IMG/VR virus record: IMGVR_UViG_3300017914_002346
Strand: one strand, 5' to 3'
Length of the DNA: 64,000 nucleotides
From: a virus
Lineage: Duplodnaviria > Caudoviricetes
Below the pieces are notes generated by a model. That model was not told the DNA's origin and ran no database searches. It was given only the letters and a program-made list of their open reading frames with translations. Below are positions 1 to 10,241 of this stretch, piece after piece; within the stretch, counting starts at the first letter, position 1; each line of letters begins with the position of its first letter. Both the position numbers and the translations under genes were made by a program.

Positions 1-37
1 TTGTGGCATGCATGACCTCTAGTTTTAGTATTTATTG

Positions 38-1891
38 TTATAAATTATCAACTCTGTAAACATCATCATACCAATTAGGAAGTTCTGGCTCTCTGTCATC
101 AACCGGAACCCACATATCACCTGAGTTATCAAATAGCCTTTCATTCATGATATCTATTGATTGAAAACCTAGAGGCATATCATCATCTTTTTCTTCTACC
201 GCTTCTTGGTAGATTACTTTAGATGGATCTGTCTCTGTCATTTCCTTCCAATAATCAGAACCAACACACCAACCAAATAATACCATACACATTACTAAGT
301 CATCATTTGTGCCGGGTTCAGCTGCAAAAGCTGAATTAACATTATCATTTTTTCTAGTAAACGTAGTCATTTCTACGTATATTTCATAATCTTCTGTTAG
401 GAGTTTATCTGTTTCAATTAACGATTTAAAATTTGAACAACCTTTAGTCTTAACTGAAGCACTAGTTGTTACACCTAATTTAGAACCCTGTCCTTCACCT
501 AACACAAAACCTGCTCTACCCTTACTTACAGTCTTAAGAACATTATCATATTCCATATCAGCGAATAAACTATTAACTACTTGACCACCTACATCATTAG
601 TTTCAACTAATATATGTGCGTTATTAAAATAAGCACCAATGTTAGATAAAAACTGAGGATAGATCATAGGTGTAACAGTATTAGATCTATACTTTGCTAC
701 TACTTTATATGGCATAGTAGTTACATCAAATACTATAAAAGCAGAGTAATCTAATCTTAAACCTCTCGCACAATCAACTGTTATAAGGTATCTATGATCT
801 GCTTTTGGTTCTTCATAAAAATCAACTTCATCTTTCTTTCTAATAGGGTTGATAAAAGACATATTAGATAGTTTAGATGGTGAAATTAACGTAGAAGCAG
901 ATCCTATAAACTGAGTTTCGAATTCTTGTCTAAATTGATCTTCAGATGTATTAGCAATTTGTTGTTGTTTCCAGTCATCATCTCTACCTGGAACATCCCA
1001 CCAGTTAATCTCAATAGGTTTAAAATTAGATCTACCTTCTTGTGCTTCCATCCACATTTTATAAAAATGATTCATACCTTTAGGAGTAGACACTACAATC
1101 ATTTTTGTATCTGCGCCAGATGAAATTGTAGGATAAACTGATCTAAAAAAGTCTTCAGCATCATGAGGCGGAACAAATGCAAACTCATCTAGAAAGATTA
1201 GAGAGAAAGACATGCCTCGAGCAGCTGACCCTGAACTTGATGTAGCAATAACTCTGCTTGCATTTTCTAAACTAATAGACCTTTTATTATATGTGTCAAC
1301 ACCTTGCTGTAACCAAAACGGTAAACTCTCATATGCTAATTGTAATCGTCCTAATAACTCTTGAGCAAGTTCACCTTTGTTAGCTAGAATACCTACATTC
1401 TTACCTGGGTTAAAAAGTATATACCAAAGAATAAAAGCAACACTAGTAGTAGATTTACCACACTGTCTTGGTAACTTGCAAATACTAAATCTATTATCTT
1501 TGAAACTATTAACCATTCCTTTTTGAAAATCATATAAGGTGAAAGGAATAGTACCAAAATCAACTGACATAATTCTTACATATGTCTCAGCAAAGTATAT
1601 TGGATCTTCCATACACTTTTTATATTCTCTTAATTGTTCAGGTGTATACTCTAAGTTAGCATGTGGTGCTTTTACATTAGGATTGCCTAAGTAGTGAGGA
1701 GCATTTGTCGGATTAAGTTCAAATAATTCAGGGTGAGTTAATTCTGTAGGAGCATCTTGATAAGTTCTTTGTTCAGATAACCAACCTAGTAAGTCTTTCT
1801 TAGACTTAACTAATACATCACCAAAGCTCTTCCAATTCTGATGTGTATTAGAATTATAATCTTTTTTTAAAACTACGTTATATTCGCTCAT
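38..1891 (-). CDS. gp17: Terminase large subunit
   Basis: YLGNPN N-terminal motif, Walker A LPRQCGKST, Walker B LIFLDEFAF, VSTPKGMNHFY, C-terminal nuclease with DDLVM; T4 gp17-like. Confidence 0.97.
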   Translation of the reverse strand: MSEYNVVLKKDYNSNTHQNWKSFGDVLVKSKKDLLGWLSEQRTYQDAPTELTHPELFELNPTNAPHYLGNPNVKAPHANLEYTPEQLREYKKCMEDPIYFAETYVRIMSVDFGTIPFTLYDFQKGMVNSFKDNRFSICKLPRQCGKSTTSVAFILWYILFNPGKNVGILANKGELAQELLGRLQLAYESLPFWLQQGVDTYNKRSISLENASRVIATSSSGSAARGMSFSLIFLDEFAFVPPHDAEDFFRSVYPTISSGADTKMIVVSTPKGMNHFYKMWMEAQEGRSNFKPIEINWWDVPGRDDDWKQQQIANTSEDQFRQEFETQFIGSASTLISPSKLSNMSFINPIRKKDEVDFYEEPKADHRYLITVDCARGLRLDYSAFIVFDVTTMPYKVVAKYRSNTVTPMIYPQFLSNIGAYFNNAHILVETNDVGGQVVNSLFADMEYDNVLKTVSKGRAGFVLGEGQGSKLGVTTSASVKTKGCSNFKSLIETDKLLTEDYEIYVEMTTFTRKNDNVNSAFAAEPGTNDDLVMCMVLFGWCVGSDYWKEMTETDPSKVIYQEAVEEKDDDMPLGFQSIDIMNERLFDNSGDMWVPVDDREPELPNWYDDVYRVDNL

Positions 1892-2244
1892 TCTTTACCT
1901 AATAATTCTAACAAGTCCTTAGTATTTAACTTAACATTCAAGTTATTAGTTGTAGATACTTTTTCCTTATTAGGATTATTAAGCTTCTCAGTTCTTAGCT
2001 GATGTTCCATCATCTTTTGGGCTATGTCACTTAAGGTAGCAGCAGTGTTAGTTGCTACTTCAATAGCTCTAGGGTGTTCTGACTCTTGTGCTAATTGTAC
2101 TGCTGAATCTAATATATCTTGCAACCTTTCAGCAGATGCGTATAATAACTCTCTTGAGTACGTATAATCATCTTGTCTATTTTCAAGTACCTTTTTTAAA
2201 TCTTTTTCAATAACAGATACTTCTTGAGTAATAGTATCGCTCAT
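1888..2244 (-). CDS. gp16: Terminase small subunit
   Basis: DDYTYSRELL..ESEHPRAIEVA..TTNN..TKDLLELL pattern; immediately upstream of gp17; start moved to ATG 2244 behind a GGAGG SD. Confidence 0.88.
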   Translation of the reverse strand: MSDTITQEVSVIEKDLKKVLENRQDDYTYSRELLYASAERLQDILDSAVQLAQESEHPRAIEVATNTAATLSDIAQKMMEHQLRTEKLNNPNKEKVSTTNNLNVKLNTKDLLELLGKE

Positions 2245-2316
2245 AAAAACCTCCAATAATAATTTATAATGTATTGTTAGAAGCCTGTTTTACGAACGAG
2301 AAGCTACTCTCTAAGT

Positions 2317-2324
2317 TATTTATA
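2317..2324 (-). promoter_or_regulatory. T4-type late promoter TATAAATA upstream of gp16/gp17
   Basis: Exact consensus on the minus strand. Confidence 0.8.
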
Positions 2325-2336
2325 TTAAATATTAAT

Positions 2337-3410
2337 ATGTATATTATTGACACTTTAGATACTGAAATTACTAATAGATGTAACGCGGCATGCCCTCTTT
2401 GTCCTAGGACAGGTACCTTTAATGGTTTAGCAGAGTTTATGGATCGCTCAGGTCCGTTAGATGTAGATCCTAAAATATTTGATAAAATATTTACCTCAGA
2501 GAAAGGTAAAAATATTAAGAGAGTTACTTATTGTGGTAACTATGGCGACCCTTGTGTGCATCCACAAGCAATGGAAATATTTAAAAAATGTGAGTCGTAT
2601 GGTGTTACTTTACAAAAAATAGATAGCAACGCTAGTATGAGAAACCCATCTTGGTGGGCAGAGCTTGGTAGTATAAAAGGTATGGAAGTAAATTTTGCTA
2701 TTGATGGATTAGAAGATACTAACCATCTATATAGAGTAAACACTAAGTGGGATAAGATAATGGCTAACGCAGAAGCATTTATAAAAGCTGGAGGTATAGC
2801 CCACTGGGTCTTTATTGTGTTTAAACATAATGAACATCAAGTTGAACAAGCTAGAGAACTTTCTAGAAAAATGGGATTTAAAAGATTTGCATCAAAAGAA
2901 ACAGTTAGACAATACTTACCAGATGTACCTTTAGAAAATCAAGGTCATTATGACTTAGCAGGTAACCTTTATAAGAAAAGTAGTAAACACGAAGAAAAAA
3001 GAACTATATATTCTTTACCAGAAAGTAAAAGATATCAACCTGAAATGTTAAGATACGGTTATAAAGAATCACCTATTGTATGTAGATCAGAAGATAAGAA
3101 GCAAATGTTCTTAACTAGTGATGAAAGGATTATTCCATGCTGTCATGTACAAGAGTTTTTTACTATTAAAGATTATCACCCTGAAAGAATAAATCAAGAA
3201 CCTAAATATCAAGGATATGAAATAGATGTTTTTTATAAACAATTTGGTGTCCTTTCTGATTTAAACAAAAATACATTTGATGAAATAGTAGATAGTTATA
3301 TGGAAGCTTACCCTTATCTAGAGTATATGTGGCAAGAAAGAAAAATGGCTAGATGTAATAAAAAATGTGGAAGTAATTTTAGAAATGGTTCACGATATCA
3401 AGAAAATTAA
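2337..3410 (+). CDS. Radical SAM protein with C-terminal SPASM/Twitch-like cysteines
   Basis: CNAACPLC motif, CGNYGDP, FAIDGL, C-terminal C..PCC..CxxxC; likely start ATG 2337. Confidence 0.9.
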   Translation: MYIIDTLDTEITNRCNAACPLCPRTGTFNGLAEFMDRSGPLDVDPKIFDKIFTSEKGKNIKRVTYCGNYGDPCVHPQAMEIFKKCESYGVTLQKIDSNASMRNPSWWAELGSIKGMEVNFAIDGLEDTNHLYRVNTKWDKIMANAEAFIKAGGIAHWVFIVFKHNEHQVEQARELSRKMGFKRFASKETVRQYLPDVPLENQGHYDLAGNLYKKSSKHEEKRTIYSLPESKRYQPEMLRYGYKESPIVCRSEDKKQMFLTSDERIIPCCHVQEFFTIKDYHPERINQEPKYQGYEIDVFYKQFGVLSDLNKNTFDEIVDSYMEAYPYLEYMWQERKMARCNKKCGSNFRNGSRYQEN

Positions 3411-3837
3411 AACTGAGTTAGACACTTTACCTGAATATGATAATCAGATATACTTGCAAGGTTTTTATGCAGGTCAGAATCCAACAGAACTGACTCAAGG
3501 ACAAACTTATAAGTATGTTGATGAAAATGAGTTATCTTGTTCTGTACCTCTTTTTAATTTGCCAGTTATTAATTCAATTATAGATCACTACAACTTAGTT
3601 CGAACTAGAGTCATGAAGATGAAACCAAAGACCTGCTACTATTGGCATAAAGATGTAACAAAGAGATTGCATATACCTGTAGTGACTCATGAACATTGTT
3701 TTCTAATTGTAGATGGTGAACAGATACATTTACCAGCAACTGGTGATGATTATATTATTGATACTACCAAAATGCATACAGCTATGAATTGTTCTAAGAT
3801 AGATAGAATTCATATTGTAGGAGCCTTTCGTGTATGA
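3385..3837 (+). CDS. Aspartyl/asparaginyl beta-hydroxylase-like 2OG-Fe(II) oxygenase
   Basis: HKD..RLHIP..HTAMN..RIHIV cupin pattern. Confidence 0.7.
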   Translation: MVHDIKKIKTELDTLPEYDNQIYLQGFYAGQNPTELTQGQTYKYVDENELSCSVPLFNLPVINSIIDHYNLVRTRVMKMKPKTCYYWHKDVTKRLHIPVVTHEHCFLIVDGEQIHLPATGDDYIIDTTKMHTAMNCSKIDRIHIVGAFRV

Positions 3838-5008
3838 TATTTTATTACTATCATTACCTGAAATGGATAAAGATAAACCGTCTCCAGGTCCTGCATATCT
3901 AAAAGGTTTTTTACAACCAGAGTTTAAAGTAAAAGTTATTGACGGTAATCAGATAGGTGATATAGATCATATATTACTTACTGTTGAGCAATACCAATTT
4001 AAGTGGTTAGGTATATCTGTATTCTCATATGAACAAGTAAATATTGCTTTAGAGATAGGATCAAATTTTAATAAAGTAGTTTACGGTGGTTCTGGAGTAC
4101 ATAAAGATTGGCCTACGGATTATTTCATAGTTGGTGAAGGTGAGTATGCTCTAAGAGAATTTTTACGAGGTAACGAATATAAAAATTTTAAGCAAATTGA
4201 AGATCTTAATATGCTTCCTATTCCAGATTATACTGATCAACTACATCCTAATATTAACGAATTAGTAATGACAGGTTCTAGAGGGTGTGTGCGTAATTGT
4301 TCTTTTTGTGATGTAGCTAGCATCTGGTCAAAGTATAGATGGGTTGATGGGAAAAAGCTTGCAGATAATATGCATGCTGTTTGTGAGCAAACTGGTATCT
4401 ATAAGATATCATTTTCAGATAGCTTAGTAAACGGATCTATGAAACACTTTCGCGAATTGGTAAAGGAGTTATCTTCTAGACCAAAAAAGATACGCTGGAA
4501 TGGACAATTTATAGCTCGTAAACAAAATAGTTTTTCACAAGAAGATTTTGATAACTTACTTAATTCAGGTTGTACAGGTTTAACTATTGGAATTGAATCT
4601 GGATCTGAATCAGTTAGAAATCATATGGGTAAAAAATTTGATAATAACGATTTAGATTATTTTATAACTAATCTAGGTGAACGTGGAATTAAAATGAAGT
4701 TTTTATTGATAGCTGGTTATCCGACAGAAACAGAAAGCGACTTTAAAGAAACTATAGAGATGCTACATCGATATAAAAAATATTCTGCTAAGGTAGAAAT
4801 ATCACCTCATATGATGTTAGTTGATAAAAACACACCGTTGGATTATCACCATAGAGATCTATTTGATATATTTGGATTTGAATGGAAAAATGAAAACTCT
4901 GATTACAAAGAACGATATAAAAGATTTTTAGAAATATTTAAAGTAGGACAAGAACTTGGTTATGGATTTAAACAACATGCACTTGATAAGATAGAGAAGT
5001 TTGCATGA
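3830..5008 (+). CDS. B12-binding radical SAM protein (class B methyltransferase-like)
   Basis: N-terminal cobalamin-binding-like domain (YGG, GEGE), SRGCVRNCSFC, GIESGS, AGYPTET. Confidence 0.88.
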   Translation: MYDILLLSLPEMDKDKPSPGPAYLKGFLQPEFKVKVIDGNQIGDIDHILLTVEQYQFKWLGISVFSYEQVNIALEIGSNFNKVVYGGSGVHKDWPTDYFIVGEGEYALREFLRGNEYKNFKQIEDLNMLPIPDYTDQLHPNINELVMTGSRGCVRNCSFCDVASIWSKYRWVDGKKLADNMHAVCEQTGIYKISFSDSLVNGSMKHFRELVKELSSRPKKIRWNGQFIARKQNSFSQEDFDNLLNSGCTGLTIGIESGSESVRNHMGKKFDNNDLDYFITNLGERGIKMKFLLIAGYPTETESDFKETIEMLHRYKKYSAKVEISPHMMLVDKNTPLDYHHRDLFDIFGFEWKNENSDYKERYKRFLEIFKVGQELGYGFKQHALDKIEKFA

Positions 5009-6318
5009 TTATAGGATACTCTAACGGCTTTCATGATGCGGGCATGTCTGTTATTTCCTATAGTGGAGATATAGTATATGCAGGTCATGCAGAAAGATAC
5101 TCAAGAGTAAAAGGTGATAAAAACCATTGTGGACGTATGCCTGTTTATAATGGTACAACTGTTTTCTATGAAGACCCTAAACTTAAAAATGAGAGATTAA
5201 TATTTGCAGGACAAGAAAAAATATATAGACCTGAATATGATCATTATTGTGAACATCATTGGTCACATGCTGCGGCTAGTTACTATACAAGACCATACGA
5301 AGAAGAGCCTGTATGTGTTGTTATAGACGCAATAGGAGAATGGGATACTTGCTCTATATGGTATAAGAAAAAGAAAGTATGGTCTCAAGAGTATCCTTAC
5401 TCATTAGGTTTATTTTATTCTGCTATTACTCAACGCTGTGGTCTAAAACCAATGGAAGATGAGTATATTACAATGGGAATGGCAGCTTATGGTAAACCTA
5501 TTTTTAATTTGGAATACTTATTAGAAATGAACTTACATAAAGGTTGTGGTAATATAATACCTAATGCAAAGCGTAGCGATTTAGCAGCATCAGCACAACA
5601 TTTATTAGAAACTAAAATTATTGAGATAATGAATAAAGCTAAAGAGTACTCTAATTTTTTGTGCTATGGGGGTGGTGTAGCTCTTAATTGTGTAGCTAAT
5701 TCTAAAATATATGACATGTTTAATAAAGTGTGGATATTTCCTAATCCTGGTGATGCTGGCTCTTCTTTAGGAGCTGCTGCTTCATATTTAGATAAAAAGG
5801 TTAAGTGGAAAGATTGTTTCTTAGGTAATGATATTAATCAAGAACTTGATATTAAAGGTATTGTACAAGAACTACTTAAGAACAAAGTTGCAGGTGTTGC
5901 TAATGGTAAGGCTGAGTTTGGTCCAAGAGCTTTGGGTAATCGTAGTTTGTTAGGTGATCCTAGATATAACATAAAAGACAAAATAAATGATATAAAGCAA
6001 AGACAAAGATATAGACCATTCTCTCCTGCTGTGTTATCGGAGTATGCTTCTGAGTTCTTCGATGGTCCTATGAATGAATATATGCAATATGTAGCAGTAG
6101 CTAAACATGATTACAACTCTGTAATACATGTTGACGGTACATCTAGAGTGCAAAAAGTGTATAAGGGTAACCTTAGAAAGATACTAGAAGAGTGGTATGA
6201 ACAAACTGGCTGTCCTATGTTATTAAACACTTCATTAAACATTAAAGGTCAACCTATAGTAAACAGCTGGCATGACGCAGAAGATTTTATGAAAAAGTAT
6301 AAAGTAAAATGTTTTTAG
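5005..6318 (+). CDS. Carbamoyltransferase (NodU/CmcH/TobZ family)
   Basis: HDAG, HHWSHAA, GGVALNC, GDAGSSLGAA, EFGPRALGNRS, RPFSP, HVDGTSRVQ, LLNTSLN. Confidence 0.95.
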   Translation: MIIGYSNGFHDAGMSVISYSGDIVYAGHAERYSRVKGDKNHCGRMPVYNGTTVFYEDPKLKNERLIFAGQEKIYRPEYDHYCEHHWSHAAASYYTRPYEEEPVCVVIDAIGEWDTCSIWYKKKKVWSQEYPYSLGLFYSAITQRCGLKPMEDEYITMGMAAYGKPIFNLEYLLEMNLHKGCGNIIPNAKRSDLAASAQHLLETKIIEIMNKAKEYSNFLCYGGGVALNCVANSKIYDMFNKVWIFPNPGDAGSSLGAAASYLDKKVKWKDCFLGNDINQELDIKGIVQELLKNKVAGVANGKAEFGPRALGNRSLLGDPRYNIKDKINDIKQRQRYRPFSPAVLSEYASEFFDGPMNEYMQYVAVAKHDYNSVIHVDGTSRVQKVYKGNLRKILEEWYEQTGCPMLLNTSLNIKGQPIVNSWHDAEDFMKKYKVKCF

Positions 6319-7028
6319 TTAGTGGTTGTTCTTTTACATCAGATAAACAATATGTAGATGGCTCAGGTAAAAACTGGGCTAAACAACTATCTGAAATGTT
6401 AAATGAAGATTATGAAAATGTTGCTCTAGGTGGTTATTGCAATAATAATATTTTTAATTCTGTATATGACAAATTAGTATTAAGTAATAATAATTTCTCA
6501 AAAGTGATAGTAATGTGGACAGGGTTTGAGAGACTTAAAATATTTCAACAATCAGTAGATCCTATTGCTTGGGAAAGAAACTATAAGTTGTTTGGACACC
6601 CTCATAACCCTAACAATACAGTTAATCCTCCTACAGGGTTAAAAACGAACAAACTTAAACATGCAATTAATTATTACAATTTTGAAAAGGTGATAGATGA
6701 TAACTTAAGATACCAATACATCTTACAACAAGAATGTTTTTTAAGAGGTATAGATTTATATTATTGTCAGGGAGTAAAAGAGATATCTAATTTGAGACAA
6801 ATTAGTCATTTATTTGATTCTGATACAATAACAAAACATGATAATTTTTATAAACATATTAAAGAATCTAAATTTTATAAACTAATAGATAGAAAAAATA
6901 CGTTAGAGAAAAATTATAGAATGAGATATGGAAATACACCAAAACTAATTATACCTAAAGATAATCATCCCTCAGAATATGGACATAGTTTAGTAGCTAA
7001 TGATCTGTTTAATATTATTCGTAAATAA
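6309..7028 (+). CDS. SGNH/GDSL-like hydrolase or acyltransferase
   Basis: N-terminal GCSFT block and C-terminal DNHPSEYGH (DxHP). Confidence 0.65.
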   Translation: MFLVSGCSFTSDKQYVDGSGKNWAKQLSEMLNEDYENVALGGYCNNNIFNSVYDKLVLSNNNFSKVIVMWTGFERLKIFQQSVDPIAWERNYKLFGHPHNPNNTVNPPTGLKTNKLKHAINYYNFEKVIDDNLRYQYILQQECFLRGIDLYYCQGVKEISNLRQISHLFDSDTITKHDNFYKHIKESKFYKLIDRKNTLEKNYRMRYGNTPKLIIPKDNHPSEYGHSLVANDLFNIIRK

Positions 7029-7794
7029 AATTATCATCTAATTCATAATCTGAATACCAATAATCAAATACCCAATTATCATCTGAATTATGAATTAAGT
7101 TGTCTGCATTAGAAAAATGAACCATCTTTATAGTATCACAAAAATCACCACCCATCATAAATGGTTCTTCTGAGTTAACAAACTCATTCCAGTTTTTCTG
7201 TATTTTAAGATAATCAATATCATGATACTTTGCAAACCATTCCATAGGCAACCAATGTTTATTATTAACATGGTTATCAATAAAATTTTGTTCCCCGTTT
7301 ACTGGACCTTCACATTGACCTGTTTCAATGTAATATTGTTGCCAATGTTCAGGATCTTCAATAAATTTTTTCCACAGGTAGTTTGTTTCTCCCATTCTAT
7401 ACATTTGAAAACCACCGTTCAATTTACAAAAATGTCTTAGATTTGACCACCATCTTTCAAAGCAACCAAAAGTATTTTCAGGTAAATTATAGTTTAGAAT
7501 ATCATCTAGATTGTTTATTATAATCCAGTCTATATCTAATATAATACATGTGCTACCTTCTTTAATATCTGCAAAGCCGTTCTTATGAAAAATTAATTTA
7601 TGCCATTGTAATTTAAACTCATTAGGATCTTTTATATCTACTGTTTTAATATCAGATACTAAACCACTACTATCTTCTGTATAACAATAAAAATTAAAAT
7701 CTACTGTAGAGTTTCTTTTCATACTAAAGAAAAGATTATTAACATATTGAGAAGAATACTTATCACCAACTTTAAGAGTTAAAATATTAATCAT
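7015..7794 (-). CDS. Glycosyltransferase (GT-A fold)
   Basis: LKVGDKYSSQYVNNL N-terminus, DxD motif ILDID, GEQNFI; paralogue of 12141..12860. Confidence 0.75.
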   Translation of the reverse strand: MINILTLKVGDKYSSQYVNNLFFSMKRNSTVDFNFYCYTEDSSGLVSDIKTVDIKDPNEFKLQWHKLIFHKNGFADIKEGSTCIILDIDWIIINNLDDILNYNLPENTFGCFERWWSNLRHFCKLNGGFQMYRMGETNYLWKKFIEDPEHWQQYYIETGQCEGPVNGEQNFIDNHVNNKHWLPMEWFAKYHDIDYLKIQKNWNEFVNSEEPFMMGGDFCDTIKMVHFSNADNLIHNSDDNWVFDYWYSDYELDDNFIYE

Positions 7795-8825
7795 GTTACT
7801 ACTCTATCAGAACCTGCAGATCTCTGACCACACACTCTTTGACAAGTACCTGGTCCGTTATACTGCCATTCATTTTTCACTTCGTTGAAAAAATCATTAT
7901 TAAATGCATATTTTAAAATAGCGCCTGATTCTACTTCTAAAAGATTAACAGCTGGATTCATTTTCTCCATTAAAACTATTTCAGTAGCATTTTTATATCT
8001 ATCAGGAGATGATTTATAGTTTTGAAATTGTTTATATAGATCAGAAGCTAAATGACAACAAGGCCATAAAGTACCATCACAATGAATAAAAGTATTTTTA
8101 TGTTTTAAATAACTGCAGCTTATATTCTTAATTTCTTTATCTTGTTTTCTACTTACTCCTGAGCCTACAAAAGAATCACTAGGTGGTTCTAGAACTCTTT
8201 TTTCTCCTTCAGGTGTTACATAACTAATACCATCAACATCTTTACCCCAACCTCTATTAGATTTTCTTAAAATAAACTCTTTAAAACCTAACTCTTTGGA
8301 CAAAGATTTTGCTTCTTCTACTTGATGTTCATTATGTTTAAAAGGAATAAACTCCCATACTGCGTTACCACCACTTTGTATAAAGGATTTAGCGTTATTA
8401 ATAATTTTATTAAAGTCTGTTTTTTGTCTATATAAATGATTAGTATCCTCTAAGCCGTCAATATGAAAAAAAACTGTAGATGAGTTGCTATTCATACAGC
8501 TACCCATCTCACTCCACCATTTTTCATTTCGTAAGCTGCCGTTAGTTTCTAATAATATAGTTACAGGATAATTACTCAGGTACTTAACTATAGGTAAACA
8601 GTCCTTAGCAGCAATAGGGTCACCTACATTACCACATAAGCTTACTTCATCTATAGTATAAAGAACATCTTCGTTCATTATGTGCTTAAAATCATTTACT
8701 AATAATTCTCTTTTCCTACTTACATATTCTGTAGGCAGTGAAAAATTATACCTATTAGTTCTCATACAGAGAGGACAAGCAGCATTACATTTTTCAGATA
8801 ATTCAAAAGTAACTTTTTTAATCAA
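7791..8825 (-). CDS. Radical SAM protein with SPASM/Twitch-like cysteines
   Basis: CNAACPLC, CGNVGDP, TNGS, IDGLEDTNHLYR; paralogue of 2337..3410. Confidence 0.9.
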   Translation of the reverse strand: MIKKVTFELSEKCNAACPLCMRTNRYNFSLPTEYVSRKRELLVNDFKHIMNEDVLYTIDEVSLCGNVGDPIAAKDCLPIVKYLSNYPVTILLETNGSLRNEKWWSEMGSCMNSNSSTVFFHIDGLEDTNHLYRQKTDFNKIINNAKSFIQSGGNAVWEFIPFKHNEHQVEEAKSLSKELGFKEFILRKSNRGWGKDVDGISYVTPEGEKRVLEPPSDSFVGSGVSRKQDKEIKNISCSYLKHKNTFIHCDGTLWPCCHLASDLYKQFQNYKSSPDRYKNATEIVLMEKMNPAVNLLEVESGAILKYAFNNDFFNEVKNEWQYNGPGTCQRVCGQRSAGSDRVVT

Positions 8826-9531
8826 CTACACCACCATCGTAAGAACCAAAACCCCATTTCTTTTCCAAACACCAATAACATATTTGACAGGGAGTTATAC
8901 CACCGTTTCTTAATCTAGTACAACTTACTGTATATGGATATAAACTTTCTAATAAGTCAAATTGTTTATAAATTTTAAACAGATAAGATTTGTCAACAGT
9001 TTTAAAAGGTTCTCTATTTTTTTTCAGGTTATTAACTTGCTTTATACTATAATCTCTTTCTTTAAGTGCGGGGGTTTCACTAACTAATTTATCTAAGGCT
9101 TCTATTTGTCCTTCCGGTGGTTTTCTAGTTGTACCTAGTAGTATTACATCTAAGTCAAAATCTAATTTAAACTGATCTCTTGTTTTTCTTAGTAAAAGTT
9201 TTTTTTCTTGTTTATAAGCTACAAAATAATCATAAAAATGTAACCCTTCAAATTGTATTTCTGGAAACATATTTACTAAAATATCATAACATTTTTGAGC
9301 AGGTTTTATACTATAATTTTCATTTTCATATCTAGTGTTATTAGCATTAAAACAATAAACTTTAATTTGTGATTGCATATTTTTACGCATTATAGATTCA
9401 CATAATACATAAGTTAAAAGACTGGAATCTACACCACCCGTAAAAGATACAGCTATTTTATTATTATAAATTTCACCTTTTAATAATCTATCAAAATAGT
9501 CTATTTTAATATTGTCTGCTTCTAGTATCAT
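8818..9531 (-). CDS. QueC-like PP-loop ATPase
   Basis: SFTGGVDSS PP-loop; TVSC..PCQICYWC Zn site. Confidence 0.8.
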   Translation of the reverse strand: MILEADNIKIDYFDRLLKGEIYNNKIAVSFTGGVDSSLLTYVLCESIMRKNMQSQIKVYCFNANNTRYENENYSIKPAQKCYDILVNMFPEIQFEGLHFYDYFVAYKQEKKLLLRKTRDQFKLDFDLDVILLGTTRKPPEGQIEALDKLVSETPALKERDYSIKQVNNLKKNREPFKTVDKSYLFKIYKQFDLLESLYPYTVSCTRLRNGGITPCQICYWCLEKKWGFGSYDGGVVD

Positions 9532-10241
9532 TTTATACCACCATCATACATACCGAAAGCCCATTTCTTTTCTCTACACCACCAACACTCTTTACATGGT
9601 TCTGAAAAAAAACTAGTTGACTCGGAATACTCGACACAACTTGCAGTAATAGGAAAAAGCTCATCCATTAAATTAAATTTTTTATATTGTTCAGATACAA
9701 ATCTTTTATCTAAAAACTCCATTGGACAATAAAAAGGCTTATCATGATTTTCATGATAAGGTTGCCTTAAGTTACCGTGTTGATCTCTTCTCTCTTCTCT
9801 TTTATGTAGAAGATTATTCTCTTTAGCAACATCTTCTGGTGGATTAGCTGTTCTTCCGTGAAATAAAACATCTATAATTTTTTCTTCTCTAAGTCTATCT
9901 TCATGCTGAACGTGTTGATTAGTTTTGTCCTTCTCATGTTTTTTATCATAATAATTAAACTCATGATCTTTCCAATTAAGATTAGGAAACCATTCTTTGA
10001 ATAGTAAGATAATTTCTCTTACATTCCATTCATTAGTAGGTCTTAAATTATGTACACCGGTAATAGGAATAATACCAACATCAAATTTTTTTCTGTATTC
10101 TAACTCTCTACAAGTCATAAACAAAAGTAGAGAAGAGTCAGCACCACCAGAAAGATTAATTCCTATATTTTTAAACCTGTTAAGTTTATCTTCATAAGGA
10201 TCCCAAAAATTTAATTTACCAATACTTGAATTATAAATCAT
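9528..10241 (-). CDS. QueC-like PP-loop ATPase
   Basis: LSGGADSS PP-loop; TASC..PCKECWWC Zn site. Confidence 0.8.
   Translation of the reverse strand: MIYNSSIGKLNFWDPYEDKLNRFKNIGINLSGGADSSLLLFMTCRELEYRKKFDVGIIPITGVHNLRPTNEWNVREIILLFKEWFPNLNWKDHEFNYYDKKHEKDKTNQHVQHEDRLREEKIIDVLFHGRTANPPEDVAKENNLLHKREERRDQHGNLRQPYHENHDKPFYCPMEFLDKRFVSEQYKKFNLMDELFPITASCVEYSESTSFFSEPCKECWWCREKKWAFGMYDGGIK

Noticed and set aside
1-35. Start of tail sheath gene gp18 (late promoter 29-35, SD, ATG at 9 or 13 on the minus strand)
   Set aside because: Plausible from gene order, but only 3-4 codons fall within the window
38-1891. Intein or intron in the terminase
   Set aside because: ORF is continuous, length is near normal, and no splicing motifs are visible; only a modest N-terminal extension
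2270-2316. Structured RNA in the gp16 leader
   Set aside because: Only short imperfect hairpins; not supportable without covariation data
8818-10241. Canonical queuosine / 7-deazaguanine DNA modification operon
   Set aside because: No FolE, QueD or DpdA is recognisable here, and the radical SAM proteins carry SPASM-like or B12 domains rather than QueE features; cannot be excluded for the rest of the genome
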